A stretch of 64,000 bases of DNA, from positions 736,001 to 800,000 of the forward strand of contig CAVQEQ010000004.1 of the NCBI GenBank assembly GCA_963711565.1. The letters run 5' to 3'. The notes beneath the pieces are model-generated. The model made no database searches and was not told the DNA's origin. It saw nothing but the letters and a program-made list of their open reading frames with translations. Made by a program: the position numbers and the translations under genes. The stretch is from an uncultured delta proteobacterium (GTDB lineage: Bacteria; Desulfobacterota; Binatia; Binatales; Binataceae). Numbering within the stretch: the stretch's first letter is position 1; every line of letters starts with the position of its first letter. Of the stretch, positions 42,156 to 52,116 are shown piece by piece.

Positions 42156-42979
42156 CCAAGAAGACAAGAACAACGTTACCTCACCGCCCAGCCGGTCGTC
42201 GAAAGATTCGACCTCACGCCGAAGGGGTTCCTGCAGTAGAGACTGATCCAATCCGCGCCCGGGCACGGAAGCTCATGGTTCTTCTGGATAGAACTCAGGG
42301 CGCCGATGCAGAGGCTCCCGGGTTTCTTGAACGCTGGATCGCTACTTACATTGCCGAGTTACTGGACCGCGAAGCAAAATCCCGTTCGGCTGAAAAGGCG
42401 AAGGTTCAAGCGGAGATCGCAGCCGTCGTGCCGGCGCTATGGGAACAACAGCTTGCTCGTGCAGCGCTCACAATTCGTCGATCCGTTGACTGGAACGACC
42501 GCCGACTAGAGAAAGGAGATAAAACTACGATCGGGTTCCTCCGCCAGGTGTTGGCAAATCCCTCGCATATGGCGGTCCCGATCGGCTCCGAAACGGACTC
42601 TATGCAGTGGCTCATTACCGCGGAGCGGCTATTAACCAACTACGTTTTCACAATTCGTACGGCCTACCACGTCGCAGCAACTGAGACCTCAGATAGCGAA
42701 CTTGTACACTTGAAGGCATTTCTCCGGAACGATAGCGACGCCGGCGAGCAGCGCAAAGTGGTGCTGCGACTCGTTCCAGCTCTGAGGAAGATTGACACCA
42801 CGAATGTTGCAGCCATCGAGGAGATCGTAGCCAAAGCCATCGAGCACGCAATACTTGCTCGGCTTGCTATTGCGTCTTCATTCGCCCAGAGGAACAAGCC
42901 CGCCGCACGGACGGGAGCGCACGCCCCGAGAGGCAACCCGAGGGCTGGAAAGGCCGGGAAAAGAATCCGCGCGAGATAG
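42152..42979 (+). CDS. avs3b: Avs3b-like partner protein
   Basis: ARKL...LERWIATYIAELL...ALW motif; GTGA overlap with the upstream gene. Confidence 0.65.
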   Translation: MTKKTRTTLPHRPAGRRKIRPHAEGVPAVETDPIRARARKLMVLLDRTQGADAEAPGFLERWIATYIAELLDREAKSRSAEKAKVQAEIAAVVPALWEQQLARAALTIRRSVDWNDRRLEKGDKTTIGFLRQVLANPSHMAVPIGSETDSMQWLITAERLLTNYVFTIRTAYHVAATETSDSELVHLKAFLRNDSDAGEQRKVVLRLVPALRKIDTTNVAAIEEIVAKAIEHAILARLAIASSFAQRNKPAARTGAHAPRGNPRAGKAGKRIRAR

Positions 42980-43084
42980 TGAGCTCAAGTTTCCCGCGGT
43001 GAATTCGCCCGGCCCGCGACGGACTAAAGCCTAGGTCGCATATCCTCGGACCCGCCGATTGACTCTGACAATCGCAGATCGGCA

Positions 43085-46000
43085 CTAAGTGTCCAACCCC
43101 TTCCAAGGTCCCAGCCCAACGACGGTCTCCCGATCGAGAAACGTTCTATCGAGCTTCTGTTCCCGCTTCTCCATCGCGCGGCGTAGTTCCGATCGGTTGA
43201 GACGAATGTGGTTGAGCTTCAGCTGATATAACTTGCTGCCGTCATTAGATTTCCGTGCTTCTTCGTCCATCCAGATCCACGCTCGTCGATCCGCTGAGCG
43301 GACAAACAAGATCCAGGCTGCATAGGCTTGACTGACGTTTTGCGCAGACCAAAATGCGCGCCACCAGTGATGTGCCGACGCTTCACGGAACCTGAACCGC
43401 GCTGAGTGCCATCTTAGTTGCTCGTGCGCGGTCTCTACCGGTCCTTGAGCCCAAGCATCTCCGATCGGCAGCGTATTGTTTGCTCTGAATCCTTGGAGAA
43501 CGCGACCACGCATTCTCCGCCAGGCAAGAGAGGACGCGAGATCCTCGGCAATAGTACTCGCCAGCCACTCACCCTTGTGGTTGTACTCAGCTGCGAGAGC
43601 CACGTTGAAGAGCGCTTGATCGGTGTGACAAAGAGGTGGGCTAACAAGCTCGATGCGAAGATCATTCACCGGTGACGAGTCTTGTACTCGAAAAGGAAGG
43701 TGCATGCTCTCTTTAATTTGCGCTCCGCCAACAAATCGCGTGTTCAATGTGGCTCGGAGGCTTCGCCAAAGCGCAGCGCCACGGGGCGGGTCTTGCTTTA
43801 GGAGAGCTTCGCAGAGTGCCAGGTACGCGCCCTCTGCCAAGTGGACGCGCCGCGCGAAGTCGGAGCTCATCTCGCCAGATTCGGCGAGCCAGTCATCTAC
43901 TAAGTCGGGTGCATGGCGCAGGACCGGCTCGAAGTCTTCAGCGTCCATGCTAGCGAGGTAGAGGCTTGCTCCGGCGCGTCGAGCCTCGCGCCAACGCTCA
44001 GCGGCAACTTCCACTGCGCGCTGGTGGACTTTCTCCTGCGCCTCGAAATCGAAAGCTGTCCGAAACGCGACGGCCGGGTCCTCATCCTCCTTAGATTTTC
44101 TGGCCGCAACAGAGAATAAGAAGCCCGCAGACTTCTCCGGCGTTTGGTAGACCGAGAGGTCTGAACCCGGATCAGGCGACTCTATCCCTTCCGCCGCAAT
44201 GACTTTGCTGAAGACCCGAGCGGCGAAGCGGACTTCGGCGGGGTCGCACCCGCGCCGCCGCGCCGCTTCCAACAACCGCCAGGGCGCCAAACGAGCTGCC
44301 AATTGCTCGAGTGGCAATTCTGTCGCGCCTGCGATTAACGCCTCGGTTCCGTAATCGTTAACGAAGTAGTCCTTCTCAGCGGACCATGACCAGTCACGGG
44401 TCAGGAGTTCATGTCCGAAGCGCTTGGCGTTCGCGTTCGTCAGCGCGATGAAGGCAAAGCTTTGCAATTCCGCCTGCAGTCCGAAGGCAATTTCCGTGAG
44501 CCACTGCCACGCTGTTTCGCCGAAAGCGATCTTGTCCACTCCGAGCAGGGTTAGCAGAGTCCGCTGCTGCGGGCCGGGGGTCTTCCCGAATCGGCCGATC
44601 AGGTCGTCGGCATCATCGCCGCTCAGAGGACCGAGGATGTCGCCAAGGTCGGTGAGAATATATGGAAGCCCAGCAGTGACAATGGCTTCGACCTGCTGAC
44701 GACTTTCGAGATCGAGGATCTCTAAAACGAGCAAGTTGTGTGTGGCGTAGTACTCTTCGCCGTCCGTTTTCTCGCGACCGTTGAGTCGCAGTGAACGCGC
44801 CGCCTTAGCCTCCTCATCTCCGGCCAGGACCAGAGCGTGGATCGCACTAAGAGCGCACCAATAGCGAGACTCGGCAGGAGATCCTGCCATGCTTCGGATC
44901 TTTCGACGCGTAAGATCAGCGAGTACATCAGGCGCGCAGCGCGCCAGAACAGGCTCAAGCAACTCGAAGTGATGGTCCTCAACAGTGTCGCCACGGTGTC
45001 TATGAAGCTTTTCTACATCGATTATACCTGCAGCAGCTCGTACCTCCTCGATGAACGTTGCAGGTGGATTGAAGGTCGGATCGAGCCAAAATTCGGAGCA
45101 GCAATCCGCACGGCGCAGGAGCAGAAGCGACGTATCGGACAGCACAGCCTCGGCGTGGCGCCACTCCAATGCGAATAAGCTCCGCCCCGGATCCGCTAGG
45201 TAATCCTTCTCGTAAGTGAAGGAACGGTCTAGCAGCGGGTTTAGTTCCGCGGCGGCGGTTTCGTCGTCTTCCTGACCCGTTAGAAGAAGCAACAACGTCG
45301 CAGCACGAGCTGGCAAACTTGAATTGACGCCTGCCTCCGGCAACCGGTTTTTGATTTCAAGTGATTTCGCCCGCAACCCGGCAGCGGTCCGGTCCGGATC
45401 CATTTCGTTCAGAAGAGACAACCACTTCAGACCTTCCCAACCCTCGTGGCGTATATCGACGGTGCGCGCGATTGCCGCTGCTTCAAACACCGGCACCGCG
45501 CCTTCGAGCGGAAACCCTTCCAATATCGATGCCGCGGTCGAGGCTAGAGTTCCCTCGTCGCGGTCTACGAGCAGTAACTGATGCCCCAACACTTGAAGCG
45601 GTCCAGAAGCGTCTATACCGATGCGAGCGAGGAATCGTTGCGATCGGTTCCTTTCTACGTCGGCGTTCGTTGCTCGGATTTCAACGCCTCGGGACACTAC
45701 GCAATTCCACGCGCGAACCCTTGCGACAATCGCAGAGAATGCCGATAAATCGCCTCGATCGATATTTCGAAGAGCGTTCACAGCCCAGAGGCGCGCGGAG
45801 GCGTGCGTTCGGTCACTGGACTGCTCGACAGCGTCCAATAGCGCTTCGACGAGACTAGCTGCGAGACTGGCGAGTTCACGTCGATGCGCGTCGCTGACAT
45901 TTTGCGTCTGCAACCAGGCCGTAACCAGAACGCCCCCGACCGTCGAACCGGTGGCCAGGCGCTCGACGTAAATGGATACCGCAGCACGAAGAATCTCCGC

Positions 46001-47749
46001 TCGTTGGTCCAAGCCTGCAATCGGATCGAGCCACTGATTGAGTTCGACGCTGACTTTTTCAGATGTCTTCGGCGCCACGGTGTCGAGCGAGTTGAGCAGG
46101 GCGGCGCCCAATGCGTGCGCGACCACCGTCGCCGTAAGTTGAAAACCGGTTGCAGCATCGCCGGTTGTAAACTGCCCGTCGATAATGTCGCTTAGGCGAG
46201 CATCGACCTCGCGCTCTGTTAGGTCCGGTCGATCCGCAGTCTCGCCGAGGGTTTTAAGCGAGAAGCCTTGAATTCCTGCTCGATACTTGCTGGCGATTTC
46301 CTTCAGCCAGGCACGCCACTCGTTCTCACTGAAGGATTGTCCGGCACGAACGCCGAACGTATCGCGGCCGTACTCCCAAAGGAGCCGATGGACCGTCACC
46401 CGTCCGGCTTCAACGAGTCGCTCCCTGAGTCGAACCACCAGCCGGAACAACCTTGGGTTCTGCGCGAATGGAACGAGATCTTGATGCAGCTCGCCGCGTC
46501 TGAGCCCCTCAAACTCTAACATCTGGTCAAGCTCGCCACCCGCTGACAGATCGTAGACATCGACCGGGGCGACCAAAGCGGGGACAACCAATCCGCGAAG
46601 CCTCGCCAGCTTGGTCTCGAAGAACAAAGTACGAGCGCTAACTACGACCCGAACAATGCCCGCAAAAGGCTCACTCTGAAGGACCTTGAGCAGGGAGAGC
46701 CAAGGGACAGAAGGTTCTTGGTTCAAGCCATCGAAGAATACAACCAGCACTGGTCCCTCATCGAAGGGACTCTTAAGCAAATTGTCCAGCCGACGCAGCC
46801 AGTGCTCCCGATCGCGAACGCCTGCAAGCTCGTATAGTCGATCGGCGAGAAAGCGTTTAACGGCCATCTCGGAGGCGCCGCCTAGTTCCGGCGCTGCGGA
46901 CGATGGAATCACCATGATGATTGGCAGGTCCGCCTTTCTATCAACCAGCCAGTCCAGCGTCGCCCAGGTTTTACCGACCCCGTCCAAGCCGACAACCGCG
47001 AGTGGGGCGTCTTCGTGACCACCGCCGCTCCACCAATTCTGGATCGTTTCGAAGACGCCCTTGCGGCGAATGCGATGCGCTTGCGCTCCGCCGGCAGCGT
47101 CTTGGCCCAAAGCGGCCTGGGACGCGCGTCGCGAATTCCAGATTTGTTCCAGTTCATTGACCGACTGAGCGCGAAGGGACTCAAAGCCGAGACTCCAGGC
47201 TTGGAGGTCCCGTTTAATCCGGTCGATGGCGTCGCCGCTGATGGATTGGAGCGCTTGTGCAAATGCACCGGCTTCCGGCGAGAAGCTGCTGGTCACCAGG
47301 TCTGGGGCGGAGGCGCAAAGTGCGGCGAGTTCAGCCAGCCCGTCGCCTTTCCAGTCGAGAATGATGACGGGGACACCGAGCGACTCGCCATGCTGATTCA
47401 GATCTTGCTCGATCTGTTCCGAGACTTCCCGTGTCGCGACGAGAACCCAGGCTTCGAGCGCCGGATCTCGCGCAAGGGCGTGATCAATCTCGCCCAGAAG
47501 TTCGCGATCGCTAAGCGAGGTGGTGTCTTTGTACTTCTTGCACTCGATTCGGAGCCGTCGCCCTTGTCTACCGGCCGGTCCGGCGTCGCCTCCATGCTGG
47601 AACCCCGACTTGGCGACTGGGACCGTGATGCCGAGCAGACGCCCCAGCAGCGCAGCGGCAAGGTTCTCGAGCTTGCATGCGCTTTTCTCATCCTGAAGCG
47701 CCGCCTTCAGTTTCGCTTGATTCTCTGAATCTGTGGCAGTGAAGGTCAT
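43085..47749 (-). CDS. Restriction-endonuclease-fold plus STAND ATPase antiphage protein (Avs-like, type uncertain)
   Basis: LENL...GGDAG...IECKKY nuclease motif, GLDGVGKT, FFDGLNQ, long helical C-terminus; start ATG 47749. Confidence 0.75.
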   Translation of the reverse strand: MTFTATDSENQAKLKAALQDEKSACKLENLAAALLGRLLGITVPVAKSGFQHGGDAGPAGRQGRRLRIECKKYKDTTSLSDRELLGEIDHALARDPALEAWVLVATREVSEQIEQDLNQHGESLGVPVIILDWKGDGLAELAALCASAPDLVTSSFSPEAGAFAQALQSISGDAIDRIKRDLQAWSLGFESLRAQSVNELEQIWNSRRASQAALGQDAAGGAQAHRIRRKGVFETIQNWWSGGGHEDAPLAVVGLDGVGKTWATLDWLVDRKADLPIIMVIPSSAAPELGGASEMAVKRFLADRLYELAGVRDREHWLRRLDNLLKSPFDEGPVLVVFFDGLNQEPSVPWLSLLKVLQSEPFAGIVRVVVSARTLFFETKLARLRGLVVPALVAPVDVYDLSAGGELDQMLEFEGLRRGELHQDLVPFAQNPRLFRLVVRLRERLVEAGRVTVHRLLWEYGRDTFGVRAGQSFSENEWRAWLKEIASKYRAGIQGFSLKTLGETADRPDLTEREVDARLSDIIDGQFTTGDAATGFQLTATVVAHALGAALLNSLDTVAPKTSEKVSVELNQWLDPIAGLDQRAEILRAAVSIYVERLATGSTVGGVLVTAWLQTQNVSDAHRRELASLAASLVEALLDAVEQSSDRTHASARLWAVNALRNIDRGDLSAFSAIVARVRAWNCVVSRGVEIRATNADVERNRSQRFLARIGIDASGPLQVLGHQLLLVDRDEGTLASTAASILEGFPLEGAVPVFEAAAIARTVDIRHEGWEGLKWLSLLNEMDPDRTAAGLRAKSLEIKNRLPEAGVNSSLPARAATLLLLLTGQEDDETAAAELNPLLDRSFTYEKDYLADPGRSLFALEWRHAEAVLSDTSLLLLRRADCCSEFWLDPTFNPPATFIEEVRAAAGIIDVEKLHRHRGDTVEDHHFELLEPVLARCAPDVLADLTRRKIRSMAGSPAESRYWCALSAIHALVLAGDEEAKAARSLRLNGREKTDGEEYYATHNLLVLEILDLESRQQVEAIVTAGLPYILTDLGDILGPLSGDDADDLIGRFGKTPGPQQRTLLTLLGVDKIAFGETAWQWLTEIAFGLQAELQSFAFIALTNANAKRFGHELLTRDWSWSAEKDYFVNDYGTEALIAGATELPLEQLAARLAPWRLLEAARRRGCDPAEVRFAARVFSKVIAAEGIESPDPGSDLSVYQTPEKSAGFLFSVAARKSKEDEDPAVAFRTAFDFEAQEKVHQRAVEVAAERWREARRAGASLYLASMDAEDFEPVLRHAPDLVDDWLAESGEMSSDFARRVHLAEGAYLALCEALLKQDPPRGAALWRSLRATLNTRFVGGAQIKESMHLPFRVQDSSPVNDLRIELVSPPLCHTDQALFNVALAAEYNHKGEWLASTIAEDLASSLAWRRMRGRVLQGFRANNTLPIGDAWAQGPVETAHEQLRWHSARFRFREASAHHWWRAFWSAQNVSQAYAAWILFVRSADRRAWIWMDEEARKSNDGSKLYQLKLNHIRLNRSELRRAMEKREQKLDRTFLDRETVVGLGPWKGLDT

Positions 47750-47759
47750 CGTCGTCGTG

Positions 47760-49025
47760 TTATACGATTCGTATCCTGCGCCCGCCGGCTTTTGGGAATC
47801 CGGCCACGACGCTTTCGGGCAGAAGCGCCGTCCTGAGAATCTCGATGTCTTTTTCCGAGACGCCGTTCCCGCGAAAGACAATCTCCCATCTCTGTACGCA
47901 ATTAAGTATCTCCCCGGCGATCTGCGTAGCGCGCGTCATTGCGAGGCCGAATCGAGCTATTTCGGAAAGGGCGTTCTTCAGGGTTGCTTCGCGGCTTTGA
48001 GAACTCACCCCGATTCCCTGCAGACGGGTGAACGATGTCTGTGGATGGGGAACTAGATCGTATGCGGGTGACAGCCTCCAACCAGATTTATCCAAGATGA
48101 CAGCGTGGTTCCGCAGATGATCGTCGTCGTTGCTGACGAGCATGTTGAAAATCATTCGACGGAACAGCTGTTCTCCATCCTGCCGGAAGTCTCGCACCAG
48201 TTTCCGAATGCTGTCTGCGAGTGTTGGATAGCTGCCTCTTGAAGCTTCGTCCTCGTGCAGCCCGAGTAGTGTGAGACCGCTCATGAAATGTTTCCGGGAA
48301 AATCCGTTTGGCGTCGCAGCGCGATCGAAGCGGCGCGTGAGCATCACCTTCCGTCTCGCGACCTCGATCAGCCTGATTTCGGGCGTTTCGATTCCGGACT
48401 GGGCCGCGAGCTTCAAGGTCGCGTACTCGATAGCCGCGATCTCGAGCCGATCTTTCGTTGAAGGGAACTTGGCGAGCCACAGCTCACCGTCCATATGAAT
48501 GGTCGCTTTGGGTCTTGCGCCACCCAGACTGGAGCCGTGCTTAAGCAGCATGACAACCGCCGGATCAACCGGTTGGCCCTCCTCGATTGCGGCGGCAGCG
48601 GATAGCAGCGTATCGAGGTCGGTTCTCTCGGGAGGAGGCTCGCGATTCGGCGGTGAGTCGGAACTTTCGGAAAAGCCTAGGGCGCCTGCGCGATCGTCGC
48701 CAGCCTCGATCAGATACGTTAGTTCAGATGCTTCTGTGACTCCGCTACGCTTTTCGATTACGCGCCGGCCCCAGTCATCGGGCGAGGCGTCTCGAATGGC
48801 GCCCAAGGTTCCGTACAGGTCTGAAGAGTCGAATCTCCTTGCTCGTTCCAGAGGCAGGCGTTCCGGATCTAATGGAACCGCCGTTCGGCGATTCAGATAA
48901 CTGGCGCCGTAGAGGAACGAATAAATCGTTCCCGCCGGATTGTCGTCGTAGTCAAAACGTCCGGCGACCACGGGCTCCGTTTGATTCGGGAGGTATACCC
49001 AAACGTAGGTGCTAGAAATCATCAC
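47760..49025 (-). CDS. hipA: HipA family kinase toxin
   Basis: DASPDDWGR, SLGGARPKA, NDDDHLRNH, LSPAYD. Confidence 0.9.
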   Translation of the reverse strand: MMISSTYVWVYLPNQTEPVVAGRFDYDDNPAGTIYSFLYGASYLNRRTAVPLDPERLPLERARRFDSSDLYGTLGAIRDASPDDWGRRVIEKRSGVTEASELTYLIEAGDDRAGALGFSESSDSPPNREPPPERTDLDTLLSAAAAIEEGQPVDPAVVMLLKHGSSLGGARPKATIHMDGELWLAKFPSTKDRLEIAAIEYATLKLAAQSGIETPEIRLIEVARRKVMLTRRFDRAATPNGFSRKHFMSGLTLLGLHEDEASRGSYPTLADSIRKLVRDFRQDGEQLFRRMIFNMLVSNDDDHLRNHAVILDKSGWRLSPAYDLVPHPQTSFTRLQGIGVSSQSREATLKNALSEIARFGLAMTRATQIAGEILNCVQRWEIVFRGNGVSEKDIEILRTALLPESVVAGFPKAGGRRIRIV

Positions 49026-49356
49026 GCACCTCGCGCTTCGCTACTCTGACCGACTTCGGAAGGCGGCGGATCTCCAGTGCCTTGCCGAGCGTGTCGTCGT
49101 CTGGATGGGCCAGTCGGCGAAATTGTGGCAACATTCCGAGAGTCCAAAGCGCGGTCGCCCAGGTTCCGATGCTAATCCCGGGATCACCGGCCTCCATCCT
49201 ATGCAGCGTCAACGTCGCGACGAGAAGGCGCTTCGCGAAGTCGGCTTGAGTCTCGTGACGGCGCTTTCGAGCCGTCTTCAGATATTCGCCGAGCTGTTGG
49301 ACGGCGGTTCTCACGTCGCTGGGAAGTCCGGATTTTGAAAGTGATGCTTTCGCCAT
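49012..49356 (-). CDS. XRE-family HTH antitoxin (HipB-like)
   Basis: ARKRRHETQADFAKRL...RMEAGDPG; overlaps the hipA start. Confidence 0.8.
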   Translation of the reverse strand: MAKASLSKSGLPSDVRTAVQQLGEYLKTARKRRHETQADFAKRLLVATLTLHRMEAGDPGISIGTWATALWTLGMLPQFRRLAHPDDDTLGKALEIRRLPKSVRVAKREVRDDF

Positions 49357-49644
49357 ACTATCAAAAACCTAGATAAATAGGAGCCATGAAGCGATTATCA
49401 TCTATATATCGGAGAAATTCAACAACGTCTTGATCGAAAACGTAATCGAGCCGACTATCGCGTTCCAGCCGTTGGAACGGCGCAGCCAATGTTCTAGATA
49501 CGATCGCTAGAATGCCAGCCGGGCCAGAATTCTCGCGGAGTCGTGCTGGCAACTGATTAAGCTCGGTAAAGGAATCACGGCTCGCCAAAGCTTGCGTTAA
49601 GCAATAAAGAAATGTAATTTCAAGCGGTTCTGGGGGTAGATTAC

Positions 49645-50477
49645 ATGCCGGTTTGTGGATGGCTGATTGATGCTGGTGGCCGCCAGTTTCCGCTCGACAA
49701 TGGTCAGCCAATTCATATAGGACGAGACGCCGCCAACACTGTACTTCTAAGCGACGTGTCCGTGTCCCGCGCGCACGCCGAAATTTTCTTTCAAAGTGGC
49801 ATGGCGCGCGTGAGGGATCTCGGCAGCGCTAATGGCACATTCGTGGACGGAACGGGTGTGACGGACTGCGCGCTTTACGACGGACAGAGTGTTCGGATTG
49901 GTTCGGTCGGGTTCACTTACCGAAGCGCGACGAACGCCCAACAGCGAACAATCCTTATCGGTGATCAGCGTACGGTGCCTGCAACGCTTCCCCGCTCCAT
50001 GGTGCAGCAGCTACCTGGAAGTTTTTGCCAAAGCTGTGGTTCGTCGAACAAGGCTGGGGCGTCCTTTTGCACGAAGTGCGGCTCTTCGCTTAGAGCCATA
50101 CGTCAGGCCGAGGTCCAAACCGCCTATCGAGGACCGCAGGTCCAGTACGTAGCGACTTCAAGTGTTAACGCCGGACTGGCGGCAGTCTTGTCGTTCTTCT
50201 GGTGCGGCCTTGGTCACATCTACGCTGGAAAGATCGGCAAGGGCTATTGTTGATGTTCCTTTATCCCTGTTTCATTGCGTTTGGATATCTGCTTGTACTC
50301 GGCGGAGTCGTCGCCGCGGGAGGCAGTGACTCCGATGGGGCGTATTTCTCATTAATCGGTCTTGTCTTTCTCGTTTGCGCGCCTATCGTCTGGGTCTACG
50401 GCATGGTCGATTCATACAATCTTGCCAAGCGCGCGTCAGTCGCAACTATTTCGCGGGTTCAAGTGACGCCATTTTGA
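49645..50477 (+). pseudogene. FHA plus zinc ribbon plus TM2-like membrane protein, frameshifted near 50243
   Basis: IGRD, VSRAHA, DLGSANGTF; CQSC/CTKC; GLGHIYAGKIGKG continues as LLLM... in another frame at a G run. Confidence 0.7.
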
Positions 50478-50636
50478 ACCTCCTCTTGCAACCATGAAGT
50501 ATTGTTATTCGGCTGAATGCCTAACGCCCCGACTCTTACCAGCACTGATAATCAGATATCGATGTAACGACAAATCAGTGGCATTTCAAAGAACCCAGCC
50601 GGTCAAGAATCGCTAAGAATAGAAGGGGGAGCTCGA

Positions 50637-50963
50637 TTGTTACTTAAGCGGAAGGAAGCGATCGGGCCTTTAGTGCTCGCCGGCATTTTTTCTGACAAGC
50701 TCACACTCGCTCAGTTGCTTATCGCGCCCACAAGGGGCGCGCTGTGTCCGAGTACCACGAACAACGTCGGGGCTCGCCACTGCCGAGCCCAGGACTCTCG
50801 AGGCTATCTCGAAGCCACTGGCAGCTTATGTCTAGGCGGTACGCACGACGCCGGCGCTGGCTACTGTAAGGTTGAAGGCTCTCAGGTTTACGTCAGAGCC
50901 AACGGTTCCGTGTGCCCTAGCCGGACTCAAAACGTTGGAGCCGGTTACTGCCGAACGAATTAG
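50637..50963 (+). CDS. Small Cys-rich protein with three internal repeats
   Basis: CPSTTNNVGARHC / CLGGTHDAGAGYC / CPSRTQNVGAGYC; G-rich RBS before TTG. Confidence 0.55.
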   Translation: MLLKRKEAIGPLVLAGIFSDKLTLAQLLIAPTRGALCPSTTNNVGARHCRAQDSRGYLEATGSLCLGGTHDAGAGYCKVEGSQVYVRANGSVCPSRTQNVGAGYCRTN

Positions 50964-51032
50964 TTGAGACGCATCAAAGAGGAATATTCCGATGAGTTCC
51001 GCGCGACGATCTGGCTGGCTTCGAGCAATCAT

Positions 51033-52058
51033 ATGGCGATGAACGTTGACAAACACACATGGCTTACGGATGCTCAAGGCAAGTCTCTAGGGCTAAGAGT
51101 GGACGGGCTGACACGACTCGGGCGCGCAAGCGATAACGACATTGTTCTGGAAGATTCCACGGTTTCACAGCGCCACGCGGCGATTTCCTTCGATGATGGT
51201 CGCGCCTTTTTGCGAGATCTCGGAAGCTCCAATGGCACATTTATCGAGGGATCCAGGGTATCCGGCGGTCGCTTGACCAATGGTACCGTAATAAAACTTG
51301 GCCGCGTCGCACTCGTTTATCGAGAGAACGTGGGCGCCTATTCGGCCGCACCGTTTCTTTCCACATCTCCAGACCGAGCACGTTCACTGGCATCAGGAAG
51401 GACCGCACCGTCACAAGCAAATTTCTTTTCTGCAAAAACCGGAGCCATTCTCGGAGCCCTTTTTCTTCTAGGTTTAGTAGGAATGCTAGCTGGCCACGCT
51501 TTGTTTTCCCCATCAAGCTCGTCAGTTGGTTATTCGGGCGCAGGAACTCTAGTCGATAGCCAAAGCTACCGCCTACCAGACGCCAGCTCTGATTTCGTCG
51601 GTAGTTGGTGCGGATGGACACGCGTCGTCACCTGTGAGCCGGCAGATTCTTGTGACGAAGAACCCGTTCCGGAAAGCATGGGTTTCCAGAGCGACGCTGG
51701 AGGAGTCGTCATGCACTACATAATTCAGGCTAAGCCAGATACTGACATTCGAGACATCCAGGTGCATGCCATGGATTCGCGACATGTGCGCGTGAAATAC
51801 ATCGCAAGACGCACCGGTTCAACGGGTCTGGAAATCATCATCAACGCCCGTGACGAGTTTGTCTCGGTCAATCCGGAAGTCGTCCAGAATACGAGCACCG
51901 TAACATGGAATGTTAACGGGATCTCTGCCCGAAGCGAGGAAGATAGTACCGAGTTAAGAAAATGCACGGACGAGTTCCGGGCAGCTGAGCAGAAGTACGA
52001 GGAGGGGAAGAATATGGTCGATAAAGGGGAAGTCACAGGGCAGGTTCCGAGTAAGTAG
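51033..52058 (+). CDS. FHA domain membrane protein with extracytoplasmic domain
   Basis: LGRASDND, VSQRHA, DLGSSNGTF; one TM segment. Confidence 0.8.
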   Translation: MAMNVDKHTWLTDAQGKSLGLRVDGLTRLGRASDNDIVLEDSTVSQRHAAISFDDGRAFLRDLGSSNGTFIEGSRVSGGRLTNGTVIKLGRVALVYRENVGAYSAAPFLSTSPDRARSLASGRTAPSQANFFSAKTGAILGALFLLGLVGMLAGHALFSPSSSSVGYSGAGTLVDSQSYRLPDASSDFVGSWCGWTRVVTCEPADSCDEEPVPESMGFQSDAGGVVMHYIIQAKPDTDIRDIQVHAMDSRHVRVKYIARRTGSTGLEIIINARDEFVSVNPEVVQNTSTVTWNVNGISARSEEDSTELRKCTDEFRAAEQKYEEGKNMVDKGEVTGQVPSK

Positions 52059-52116
52059 TCGCTGCACAGAACGGGCGCGCGAACTTCCACAATAAGCGAA
52101 TCTTCAGGGAATTTCG

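Noticed and set aside
49361-49711. 116-aa ORF between the antitoxin and the FHA gene
   Set aside because: Overlaps the FHA start, has no motifs and lies in an AT-rich divergent promoter region.
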